Both the position numbers and the translations under genes were made by a program. Shown here piece after piece: positions 52,513 to 64,000 of a stretch of DNA of 64,000 nt (positions are counted from its first letter, which is position 1; the number at the start of each line of letters is the position of its first letter). Where the stretch lies: positions 65,061,767 through 65,125,766 of the forward strand of contig NC_133617.1 of NCBI RefSeq assembly GCF_048593235.1. The letters are read 5' to 3'. The stretch comes from Sminthopsis crassicaudata (Eukaryota). Under the pieces are notes generated by a model, which had not been told where the DNA came from, made no database searches, and saw only the letters and a list, made by a program, of their open reading frames with translations.

Positions 52513-55500
52513 CTGTGAAGAGACAGAGGAGCATGTGTCTCAGTCCAGATATCTTTCTCCAGGACTAACATCGGAGCTTCCATCTCAGTTTCTCAGTCAT
52601 CTTCCCCGCCTCTGACACCAGGAGCAGGACCTGTGTGGAATACCTATCTCTGGGGATGGAGAATCCCTTTGGGAAAGTGACTTAGGGAGCAGTAATTGGA
52701 TAAAAGCAGCAGCTATGGAACAAATTGGGCCATCCTTCTTTTTTCCACCAATGGCTGAGAACACAGTTTGGTAGAGAGGCAGCTTGTGGGGCCTGGCCAG
52801 GACTCTGGGGCGGGGGAGCAGAGGGGGGGGACACTGCACCCCTGGGGTCTGGCCGGTGCTGGGGGACTACTCACCGGAGTCTGTGCTTCTTCTAAAGCAT
52901 CTCCAGATCATTGTTCCCAACACAGCCCCCAATCCTATCACGACACACGCCACCAGCAGCCATAGGAGAAAATCTTGAGAAGAGATAGAGATGATAGGAG
53001 AGCCAGTGAGGACGTCGTGAAGAGGGGAGATTGGCAATGGAAAACAAGTGCAGCGCAAAGAGCCATGGGTTGGGAATCGGGTCTAAACCCTCCGCTCCCG
53101 CCTCTGACTCACTCACTGCAAATCTGCCTTCCTCCCCAGGTTCAGTGTTCCCATCTATAAAATGAACTACATGGTTTCTAGGGCCCTCTCCTCCTGACAC
53201 TGACGTTCAAGAAAATTTTCAGTTTTCACTCTACTCTCTGTTCTAAGAAATGTGTAATGCTGATGGTCGCCAAGCTAATTATATGGATCATCTCACAGGG
53301 AGAAGGGACAATCTGGGAAATGGGGAGACACTAGATGGGCATTTCCTCTTACCTGGAAAGCCTTTGATCCAGCTGCTTGTGAAGGAATCTGCAAAAAGAG
53401 AAATCTCTATAGCTCCCTCTACATCTCCGTTGGCGTGTTTTTGCCCTCATTTCTCTGAAAGGTTTGAGCTTTTATCAGTTTTCTTCTCCCCCTTCCTTTC
53501 CCTGAGGATCAGAACCTGACCCCTCTGTGTGCTCACTAAGGCTCCTGTAATTTTCAGAGATCATTAATCCCCTGGGGTGGGGACAGCCCACATAATTCTC
53601 TATGATGGTCATATCTCTGGAAGATGCTGGGTTCACCGCTACCCCCTCTCATCACTAGGAAGAAATATCACCCCCTGACTCCCGAGTTGGAAGTGATCTC
53701 TATCTCTGGAGGGTCCTGGTATGTTCAGCCATCAAGGCACATGTGTGGAGAACTCAGGATTAAATCTCCATCCCCTATAATTTTTTCAGGGAATGGAGAA
53801 GGGCACCCCTGGCGTAATTCTTCTCCCACCCCATCTCCATGGGAGGGGGTGCAGCAGCTGTTAATGTTGGGTCCTTGCCCGGGGGCCAGGCCAGAGCCAA
53901 CACTGACTCCTATGTCTCTGCTAATTGGTAATTGGCCCCTCCTGGCAGAATGGAAACTGGTAATTGGTAATTGGCCCCTCCTGGCAGAATAAAAACAGGG
54001 TAGCCGTGTGGGTGGCACAGACTGGCACCCTGCCAGAAAACCCATTGAGCTTCAGAGAGCTGGGATGTCTGTGGGCGGGTGTCATGGGCTGGCACATGGA
54101 AAATCTGGGGACATCACAGGGTGTCCTTTAGGGGCCAGGCCAGAGGCTGTGAGAGCCACTTCTGGGAGATGGAGATGGGGGAGGGAGGAGAGGAGATGAC
54201 TGGGAAATGGGCCAAAATCAGCCAGAAGTCTGAAGATGAGAAAGGAGGAGACCCATAAAATTTTTCCTCCACAGAATCTTGTTCTAGAAGATAGGATACC
54301 TGAATTTTTAGTCTTGGTTCTATCACTGATCTCCTGTGAGATTAGAATGACCTTGTCATTAGTGAGACCTTGTCACTGTCCATGTAACCTTGGACTTCTA
54401 GCTGTGGACCTCTTCTCTGTCAAATAATAGTGTCCTACTCAGCTCCCTTTAAGATCCTTTCCAGTCCATTCATTCACTATATACTTTTTTTTTTGAGGCA
54501 ATTGGGGGTAGTAAGTGACTTGCTAGGGTTGTTACCCACCTAGTCAGTGTTAAGTGTCTGAGGTCACATTAGAACTCAGGTCCTCATTCCCCCAGGGCTG
54601 GTACTCCATCCACTTCCCCCATTCATTCACTTTATGAGAGACATTTATCAAGCTTGTGAGCAAAGTTAACCCTATGCTAAGTACTGGGGACACAGAGATA
54701 AAGGGGATACGGTCCTTGCTCACAAGAAGCTTCCAATCTAATCACGGAGAATAATCCTACTTAGATAGCTGTGCTATAATAGAGACTGAGAAGTACAAGG
54801 TAGGGTCTGATACGCAGGAAGAGCCTGAGATCTGGAGAAACAGGGCCTGACCTGAGTTTGTAATCTTAGCCCTCCCTGGGTCATCTGTAAAAAAGAAGTT
54901 ATTGAATTCCACAAACACTTGAGTCCCCTCAGCTTGTCAGGGGCTAGAGATACAAATGCAAAATCGAAAGAGTTTCTCCTCTCAAGAGACTCACATATTA
55001 CTGGGTAGGCTGGAAGAAGATCTAACGTGGACCCAGACAAAGAAATAAAAGCTCATTTGAAAAAGGTGAAAGAGGTAAAAATGGGAGGGATCCAAGAAAG
55101 GCTTTGCAGAGGACGTAACACTGAAATGGAATCTTGAAGGAAGTAAAAGATTCTGAGATACAATGAGGAGAGCGCTAGTGAGTTCCAGGTATCTATGGGA
55201 GAACAACCTATTCAAAGGCACAAAGTCATGAAGGGGGCATTGAACGTCAGCCAGATCTGGAGAGTCCAATTTGGCTAGAACACAGTGTCCATGAAGGGGA
55301 GGAATTCAAAAGAAATCTGGAAAGATAGTTTGGAGTCAGACTGTGGAGTCTGGCTTAATAAATGCTTGCATATATGATATAATAATAACTATAATAAAAG
55401 CTTAATAAATTTTTTTTTTGATGTAGTGAATGAATGAACTGGAAGGGACCTTTGAGGAAGATGTATTTTATCCCAGAGGCAATGGGAACAAACTGAAGAT

Positions 55501-57342
55501 TTTTGAGTGAAGAGTGACACAGTTATACTCACGACCTGCAGGATAGACCAAAGAGGGAAGAGACTGGAAGCAGGGGAGGTAATTAGGAAACCTTTAAGGT
55601 AGTCTAGGTGAGAGGTGTTGAGGATTTCTAAAAGAGATAGGACATATAGTGAAGGTAGAACCTGGTAAATATTTAACAATTGGCTTCCCTACCCCATCAG
55701 AAAATGTTCATGTGACACTTTCAAGTTTAATCAGCATTATTAGCACTTTCTCCATCACTTCTTAAAATCTAAATAATCAAGAAAAAAATCAAATGCTTCA
55801 TTGTAGAATCTGCCAATTTCTGAGATGTAAATAAATGCTCACACTGAAAAACAGCGATCTGGAACCAAATCAAGCTGTCTCCAGCACAGTCTTGGATTGA
55901 ATCAACAAGAATTGGCAACAAGAAGGTAGATGGGGGGAGGAGGGGAAGTGTACAGCTCAAAGTTGAGGTCTAGCAATGTTGAAGTGAGGATAGAAACAGA
56001 AGGCATGGGATTCAAGGACAGAGGGTAGTGATCCTTGGTTAATAACAGAATTGAGACTATGAAGGAAGGAAAGTAAGATCAGAATAAGAATGATGGACAG
56101 GGAGTAGATGGTAAGATGGAGGGATCAGAAATAGCTGCAAAAACAAACAATATATGTGCAAAGAGTGAGGGAGAGAGAGTGGGACAGGAGAGGAATTTCA
56201 GAGTTCAGCATCATGGGAAATGCCACAGTCACGATCAACACTGGATTGTCAAGATGGCACTGTGCTCCTCCTCTACTGTTCCTTCTCCCCACCTTCTCCC
56301 CATACCTGAGACTATGAGATGTGTTCCATTGCCTTCAGCTGTCTGGAGCTCTGGGATTTCCATTTTCACATGACACACATAGTGCCCGCTGTCATTGACA
56401 TTCACATCATCCAGACTCAAGGTGATGGTATTGTTTTGTCTTCGGACTAACTTGTTTCTGGAACTCCATATAACCTGGTTAGAATTCTGACTGATGGGCA
56501 GGGACTGGTACAGTTCTTTGCCATCCTTCTTCCACTCTACTCGGAATTGCTGCCAATAGGTCCAGGTGACTTGGCAATCCATGTTCACTTTGCTACCCAA
56601 GTCCACCTTGATTTGTTCTACCTGCTGCACCATCAACTTAGTCTCTTCTGTGAGCACTGGTTGGGGGAAGAAAGAAAGGTCACGGTTGATGATGGGGGGT
56701 TGAGCAGGAGAAGAAGAAAAAGGAAGCAGCAGATGAAGGCTTAATTCTTCTAGAGATCACAGAATCTAAGAAATCCAAGGGACTTCTGAAACTTCATAGA
56801 AGCAGAATTGGAGCTAGAACCCAGGTGCCCTGACTTCTGGTCCTGAGCACGTTGTTTAATCTCTCATCCTTTCTGATATTCTACGTGCTAAGATCTTTAT
56901 CAGATCTGATACCATGTTCAAAATCCTTCCAGTTCCAACACTTCCCAGCTAGCTTTTCTTTCTTCTCTATTTTGGACATTTCTGTTTTCTATGTTCTAAG
57001 AGTCTTTCCAGCACTAATGATCTATGTTTTACGATTCAGTGGTTTCTTCATCCATGCTGAGAGTCTGAAATACTGTCCCCATAAATTCAAACAGTAGCTT
57101 GGAACTTGGTTCACTCCTTAATAGATAAATTTTAGAGGAAAAGTAGGAGAAAGGAGGGCTCCTTCAAGATTCTTTGAGATCCCCATGGTCTGAGAGGACA
57201 GAAACTCAGCTATCTTGGAATTCTAGAGGGTTATGGTTTCTTTGGTGATACAAGAAGATGTCCTAGTAGGCAGGGACCTTTGACTTGGGTACTTACCCCC
57301 CAAAAGCATCAGGAGAAAAAGGTCTGTAAGAAGACATCCCAT
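52319..57342 (-). CDS. TMIGD2: Transmembrane and Ig domain-containing 2 (CD28H/IGPR-1), 241 aa; complement join 57297-57342, 56306-56656, 53353-53388, 52875-52973, 52319-52512
   Basis: Signal peptide, IgV (DC..W..DSGHYVC..EIPELQTAEGNGT), stalk, TM helix and a tail with FYGNVLY and RGESIYS matching recalled human FYSNVLY and RGQSIYS. Syntenic position after SHD; 726 nt with no frameshift. Confidence 0.9.
52875..52973 (-). CDS. TMIGD2: TMIGD2 exon 4 (TM helix)
   Basis: FLLWLLVACVVIGLGAVLGTMIWRCFRRSTDS; AAG acceptor, G|gtgagt donor. Confidence 0.87.
53353..53388 (-). CDS. TMIGD2: TMIGD2 exon 3 (stalk, DSFTSSWIKGFP)
   Basis: tttctctttttgcag acceptor, CAG|gtaaga donor; 36 nt, phase 1-1. Confidence 0.75.
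53922..53990. repeat. Perfect 30-bp direct repeat, period 39
   Basis: taattggtaattggcccctcctggcagaat at 53922-53951 and 53961-53990. Confidence 0.95.
56306..56656 (-). CDS. TMIGD2: TMIGD2 exon 2 (IgV)
   Basis: 351 nt, phase 1-1; canonical Cys-Trp-Cys. Confidence 0.92.
57297..57342 (-). CDS. TMIGD2: TMIGD2 exon 1 (signal peptide MGCLLTDLFLLMLLG)
   Basis: 46 nt, G|gtaagt donor; phase 1 matches the IgV exon. Confidence 0.82.
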
Positions 57343-57755
57343 CTCTTCTCTCCCCTCAGGCTCCTTTCTACCTTTAGTCAGCTCTGCTCTTCCTTTCTGC
57401 CTGTAGAGGCGAATGTTTCTCAGGGTAGCTCTATTCCTCCCTCCCTCCCTCCCCACCTCTTTCCACCCATATGTTCTCTGTATATGGCCAACCTGACAGC
57501 ACTTCCTGCCACAATATCTACCCCTTCCTCTCTGAAGAACTTTGGAAACAATTGAATGACATGGGAGATACTAGCAAAGGACTGCCCAGCATGGCATCCC
57601 CACTGTATTGTATGAGGGAAACAGAATTTTAGGAGCTCAAAAGAAACACGAGACGTACACATTTAGAGGCATTTCTACCACAAATGTTGTGCCCGACCTA
57701 TGTTAGAGCCTTCCAAGCTCACATTGGTCTGATCAGCAACAGCTGGACACACTGT

Positions 57756-57848
57756 ACATAGTGCCCGCTGTCACTAGCATTCACATCATCCAGACCCAGG
57801 GTGATGGTATTTTCTTGGATCCAGACCAACTAGTTTCTGGACCCCCAT
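57756..57848 (-). pseudogene. Decayed partial duplicate of the TMIGD2 IgV exon
   Basis: 78/93 nt ungapped identity to 56377-56469; in-frame TAG at 57830-57832. Confidence 0.85.
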
Positions 57849-60800
57849 GTAATGTCATTTTGATCCTCTTTAAGAATGAAGGACAATAACTAATCGATTG
57901 GAATGGTTTGACATTTCTTTCTTCTGCTCATTTTACAAATGAGACAGAGTTAAGTGACTTGTCCAGAGGCACACAGTAAGTGTCTGAGGCTGGATAGAAC
58001 TCAGGTCCTCCCAATTCTAGGCTTAATGCTAATTCAGTCTACTTTTCTGTGAATGAATCCCTTCTACAGATATCCTGAATAGAGTGGGAGGGGAACCGTT
58101 CAGTCTCTGCTTCCATATCCAGGAACAGGGAGCTCACTACCATCAAAGCAAATCCATTATGATTCTGTCTCGTTGGTTAAAAATGTTTTCAGCTGAATCT
58201 GAAAACTGCCTTGCTGTTGCTATTAGCAAGATACAGATATACCGTAGAGAACTGGAAAAGGTTCATAATCACAGGTTCTCAAGGTTAGAAAGGTAGAAAT
58301 CCTACCTACAACATAATAGTAAATGACATGTTTATAAATCATTTTCCATACATTTTCTTTTCTGATCCCATAAGATCACATTACTTTTAGCCTTGTTTGC
58401 ACCTCTCCATCATGTCTTCCTTCTCCAGGAACTGAGAAATCACATTAAACTGCAAGATTCAACCTTCCCAATCCTCTTATCTCCTCAGTACCCTCTGACC
58501 CTGATTGGACCCTCTAACTAGAGGTCAGGGTAATGGACTTCAGTGCTTCTATTTAGAAAGCAGACAACACAGGTTTTTCTCCCCTTTTCACCATTTTAGA
58601 ATGGTCCATCACACTCTTGATTCAGGCTTTTCTCTCAATTCCTCCTTAACATAAACCAGACAGCCCCCCCTTTCTGCTTCCTTTTGGTTGTAGTCTTTCC
58701 CCATTAGATTATAAATTTCTTGAGGGTAGGGACTGTTTTTGTTCTTATTTATATTTTTATCCCCAGTGCTTAACACAGTGCTGGACACCTGGTAGTAGTT
58801 TAATATATGTTTATTGGCTGACTGATCCTCACAACAACCTTGGGGAATCTATCATTGATATGATTATCTCTTTTACAAATGGGGGAACTGAAGCTCAGAG
58901 AGGTCTAAATGGTTTGCTTATAATCCAATAGTCTATAAGGGCCAGTTAGCCAGTCAAAAAGCATGTTTTAATTCTTTCCCAACATGACTAAGATGGAACT
59001 ATGCTTAACATAATTGTACATGTATAACCTATATCGCATTGCCCGCTGTCTTGAGGAAAAGGGAGATGGAGAGGAAAAAAATGTTATAACTCAGAATGTT
59101 ACAAAAAAATGAAAGTTGAAAATTATCCTCACATATAACTGGAAAAAATAAAATACCCTTGAGAAAAAAATTTAAAATAATTTTTAAAATATAAAAAAAA
59201 ATTTAATCCCCTACTAAGTTCCAGGCACTATGCTAAGTTCTGGAATTGCAAAGAGAAGTCCCTTCCAACACTGCGCCCCCCCCCCCAAAAAAAGAAAAAT
59301 TAATACTCTCAAGGAAGTCATAATCTAAAGTATAGCTAACATTAAAATTTAAGTTTTAAACTAAAACAGCACTAAGACTTTTGGGACATCTTATATAAGT
59401 CTTTTAAGGTTTGTAAACCCCCCTTTTTGTGTCATTTATGTTCTCATTTGATCTTCACCACACACCTGTGTGTTTAGATAGAGGTGAAATTTAAATCTAT
59501 ATCTTCTTGACTCCCAGTAAGCCCAACAGTATGAGTTGAACAATAGAATAGGAGACCCTGCAACCAACAATGGTGGGGAGATTTCCGGCCAGAGAGCTAC
59601 TACACTTAGTCTCAGCATCAGAAGCTCTTGTGAGCATCAACCACAGGCTGATCTCTTTTTACAGGCGGCAGCAGCTGCAATGGGGTCTGTCTCTTGAGAG
59701 GCTTCAAAGAACAGGCGGCTCACCCACAAACCAGGGCTTCAGGAGTTCTTGAAACTCAGATGAGAAGACTTCTGCCTTAGAAAATAACTTTCACTTTAAC
59801 CATGATCTCAAATAAACTTAAAGTTAAAATAGATTTAATGAAGAGAGAATTAGAGGAACTACACTATATGTCAGCTATATTAATCAATATTGATGTATTT
59901 AAATTTAAAATAACTAAATAGAATAAGATTGGAGTTTTGTTGTAGTGTAAGAAATGATGAACTGGTAAAGTTAGGAAAATACAGGAAGACTTGAACTTAT
60001 GAAAAATGTGATTCATCTTTAGAGAAACAGGACAAGTGGAAATAAGCATAGTATGGTCTTATATATGAACCTATATTTGTATGTATGTGAATGATATATG
60101 TATAGATAGATACAGATATATATCTCTGAGCTTAATTGTAGAGAGAGAAGGAAGGAGGGGGAAAAAAATAAAATTAAAAATGCATAGCAGAGAACAAAAG
60201 AAAACTTACAAGGAAGTAAAGAAAATATGGATAGCTCTGAACACAATGTGTAGTATTTATTATGTAGCCTTTCTTGAAATGGAAATTTATTTCTTTATAT
60301 TTCGAATCCTCTCAGGTTCTGCTGTGTACTGGCAATTTTTTTCTTTTCTTATTTTGTATTTATGTTTAAAATTTTTAAATAAATAAAAAATTTTAAAGAG
60401 AAAAAAATAGTTTTCATTTTATAGGTGAGGCACCTGAAATCCAAAGTACATATTATTGGCTGAACTGTGCTTCAAAGACAAAACTGTCAATTCCAAATCC
60501 TGTCCTCTCTTCTTTCTACTCCAGACTAAAATCCCTTTTGCCTCAGCCTCTTCTACCCTTGCTCCTCAGGGAAGTTAGAACTTGTCCTGGAAGGAACCTC
60601 AGAGATCATCTAATCCTGGAGTTCTTAACTTTTTTGTGTGTTCTATATTATTAGACTAGTGAATATTGTAAATTCCTTTTAAGAATTGTTTTTAAATGCA
60701 TAAAAAAACACAGAGGATTACCAAGGAAACCAATTATCTTGAAAAATAATTTTCAACATAGTTAAAAAAAATTTCATGGACCCCAAGTTGAGTGCCCTCA

Positions 60801-61919
60801 TACTACAGATGGGAAAATAAGATTCATAGAGTAGAAATCACCAGCTGAGATTACACAGGCAGTAAGGAGCAGAGATTCAACAACTGTGAAAACAAACAAC
60901 CTAAGAATCATAGAGATTATGTAACTACTGTTAACACTAAAATACCAAAAAGTTCACACAGGTTATCACAACTATAGTTAACTTTGAAAAATAAAATAGA
61001 AACAAAATAATACCAAAGTGCTAGTCACAAGCAAAAAGCTTTCTTTATTTCCCTGGAGGAGAGAAACTAGACCCCCCCCTCCTCCAGCAGGAGACCTGCT
61101 TTAGTGTGGACAAATCTCAAGATATATTAGTGGCTGCATAGTCAGCTGTAGCCCTGACAATGATGGGGTAACAGCAATAATGAGATAGGGTTGATTGATA
61201 GTGGGGCTTCAAGACCTGAACATAGGTACTGCAGGTGCATGTCCAAGCTCAGAGACCTGGTGCTGGTGTGAAACAATTCTGGGATTTTGCTGTGGCTGAG
61301 TTCGTCCAGAGGGTGAGCAAAAGGGATTGTTATCACCCTAAGCTCAGAACAGAACTTGCTTGCTGGACCTTGGCTCTGCTAAACATGGTATAGAGAAGTA
61401 TAAAAAGAGAGAGAGATGGTCTTAGCATGGGCAGATTCAAATCCAGATATCTCAACTCCACATCCAGGTCTCTTTTTAATACATTATAAATTAGAAACAC
61501 TCTCTCTGGTAAATGATGCAAAAAATTGGAAATGAAATAGCAGAAACTAGGCTTAGATCAATATCTTACACCATTTCCACTTTAAATTTAATTAGAAGAG
61601 AAGCACATCACTTATCTTTACATCTATGGGTGGAAGATGAATTCTTAACTAAACCAGGTATATAAAGGATTACAAAATATAAAGCAGATAATTTTGATTA
61701 TGTGAAATTGAAATATTTTTACAGCAAAATAATGTATCCAGGATAAGAAGAAAAATAATGCATCTAAGAAAAGAAGGGAAACAGTGAACCAGGAGGAAAA
61801 AATCTCTATGTCAAGTATCTCTGATAGAGATATCCAAGATATGTAGACAACTAACAGAAACATATGCAACCAAAAGCTATTCCTTAACAGAGAAGTGTTC
61901 AAGGGAAAGGAATAGTGTT

Positions 61920-62640
61920 TTTTTTTAATAATAGTTTTTATGTGCCAGATATTTTTACAACATTGACAATTGCCAAACCTTTTGTTCCAATTTTTCCCCT
62001 CCTTCCCCCCCCCCCAAGATGGTAGATCAACCAATACATGTTAAATATGTTAGAGTATAAATTAAATACAATATATGTGTACATAACCAAACAGTTGTTT
62101 TGCTGAACAAAAAAAAATAGGACTTTGAAATAGTGTAGGGGGAGGGGAGCTAGGTGGCGCAGTGGATACAGCACCAGCCTTGAATTCAGGAGGACTGGAG
62201 TTCAAACTTGATCTCAGACACTTAACACTTCCTAGCTGTGTGACTCTGGTCGAGTCACTTACCCCCAGCCTCAGAAAAAAAAGAAAGAAAGAAAGAAATA
62301 GTGTACATTTAGCCTGTGAAGGAAATCCAAAATGCAGGTGGACAAAATTAGAGGGATTGGAAATTCTATGTAGCGGTTCATAGTCATCTCCCAGAGTTCT
62401 TTCTCTGGGTGTAGCTGGTTCAGTTCATTACTGCTCTATTGGAACTGATTTGATTCATCTCATTGTTGGAGAGGGCCCAGTCCATCAGAATTGATCATCA
62501 TACAGTATTGTTGTTGAAGTATATAATGATCTCCTGGTCCTGCTCATTTCACTCAGCGTCAGTTCATGTAAGTCTCTCCAGGCCTTTCTGAAAACAGCCT
62601 GCTGGTCATTTCTTACAGAACAGTAATATGGAAAGGAATA
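61920..62640 (-). mobile_element. Antisense L1 3' fragment containing a nested SINE
   Basis: Same L1 3'-end text as 8891-9603. Confidence 0.75.
62138..62294 (+). mobile_element. WSINE1-like SINE nested in L1
   Basis: 11-bp TSD gaaatagtgta (62127-62137 and 62295-62305); A-rich tail. Confidence 0.85.
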
Positions 62641-64000
62641 GTTTTTAAAGAAAAATTTGTGACTGTTAATATCACAAAACCAAATGTTCCAAATTGTTAA
62701 TGATAAGACAAATAAAATCAAAACTACCTTGATGTTTACCTCACACTCAACAAATTTGTAAAGATGACAAAAGACAGGAGCAAACATGATCTCATAGGTT
62801 TTGGCTCTCTATCTTGTAGCCACTCTCCTTCCCTCACATTAGACAGGATGGAGCCCTGAACTCCCAAACCTTCATTTCAGAAGGAAAGTGAGCTCAGAGC
62901 ACCCCATTTCTTACCTAGAAGAACTACGTTAGGGCTTTTGGGAGTTTTCCACTTCTCTCCACATGTTTCAGTTTCCTGTTGTGTGTTATCTTCCCCATTA
63001 GATTGTAAGCTCCTCGAGGTTAGGAACTGTCTATCTTTTATCACAACACCATATCATGGATGCTTAGTCAATATTTATTGATTAATTATTAATAATGGTA
63101 TATGGAGAAGCATGGAAAGACTTAGGTTAGGCAAAATGAAGTAAGCAGAGTAAGTAAAACAACAATTGTAATCATATACTGAAAATGGATTGAACAACCA
63201 CAAGCAATAGAAGATTAATGTTTGAAAGGGATAAGGAACAAGGTTGACCCCAAAAAAGAACTGAGAAGATGCCTTCCTCCTCATTTGAAGAGAATGGAAC
63301 ATTATGTATATGGAGATGGAACACTGTATTTAACATCCAAATTTTTTTTTTTGTATGTTATTAGTTTTGTACTTTTTTTCCACTTCGCTCTCTTTAAAAT
63401 ATTTTTCTTATAAGGGATAGTTCTAGGTGGCAGGGGTAGGAGATACAGGGAAAATCTAGGCAATATAAAAACAAAATAAAAATCTCTTAAGATCTAATTT
63501 TAAAATTAGATGATTTCTTAAAGATTAAGGTCAGAAATAAAAACTGTCTTTAATATCAAACCAATCCAATTCTCTAATTTCATAAATTGGGAAACTGAGA
63601 CAAGAGTGAGAAACTTGCTTTGAGCCAAAATCCAGAAGAGCCAATGACTGTAAATTTGGGAAGTTGAAAATTGCCCTTCAATCCTTTATTTAATCAATTA
63701 ATCAAGTAAGTCAACAAGTATTTATTAAGAACTTATTATGTACCAGATTCAGTGTTAGGAATGTAAAGACAAAAAAGAAACAGTTTCTGTCTATACATTG
63801 TATCAGAGGAAACAACATGAATACAAATATAAATACAGTATATAAAAAATTTATACAAGTTAAACAGGAGACATGGGGCAGCTGGGTAATTCAGTGGATA
63901 GCGATCTGAGTTAGGAAGACCTTAGTTCAATTTGATCTCAGATATTTTTCCCTTTTTATTTTTTAATTAATTTTATAATTATAACTTTTTTTTTGACAGC

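Noticed and set aside
53537-53571. 35-nt exon-like segment on the minus strand as the TMIGD2 stalk exon
   Set aside because: Not a multiple of 3 and has a TAA in the required phase. The 36-nt exon at 53353-53388 fits better.
57900-64000. Search for FSD1, the next gene in the human block
   Set aside because: No FSD1-like exon or CpG island recognised; it probably lies beyond the window.

Overview
Vertebrate genomic DNA from a marsupial, probably an Australian dasyuromorph; this rests on WSINE1-like SINEs, marsupial L1 3' ends, MIR/L2 relics and OC1-like hAT MITEs, all named from memory of repeat consensi. By hand I reconstructed five spliced genes with GT-AG junctions and continuous reading frames: the 3' part of ANKRD24 (+), and complete EBI3 (+, 231 aa), YJU2/CCDC94 (+, 326 aa), SHD (+, about 360 aa) and TMIGD2/CD28H (-, 241 aa). 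Order and orientation match the human 19p13.3 block. The rest is introns and intergenic DNA dense in transposon relics, microsatellites and a recurring ~33-bp tandem repeat. I found no CRISPR array, RNA gene or convincing new biological system. The best leads are gene-evolution oddities: (1) the SHD exon 3 acceptor has no adjacent polypyrimidine tract and a TSD-flanked retroposon sits about 10 nt upstream; (2) a decayed duplicate of the TMIGD2 IgV exon lies upstream of the gene; (3) ANKRD24 has an in-frame, stronger-looking alternative acceptor that is also an AG|GTAAG recursive-type junction; (4) the EBI3 poly(A) signal appears L2-derived; (5) there are three TSD-flanked OC1-like MITEs, one in the SHD 3' UTR. 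Comparisons with human proteins are from recalled sequences, not database searches.
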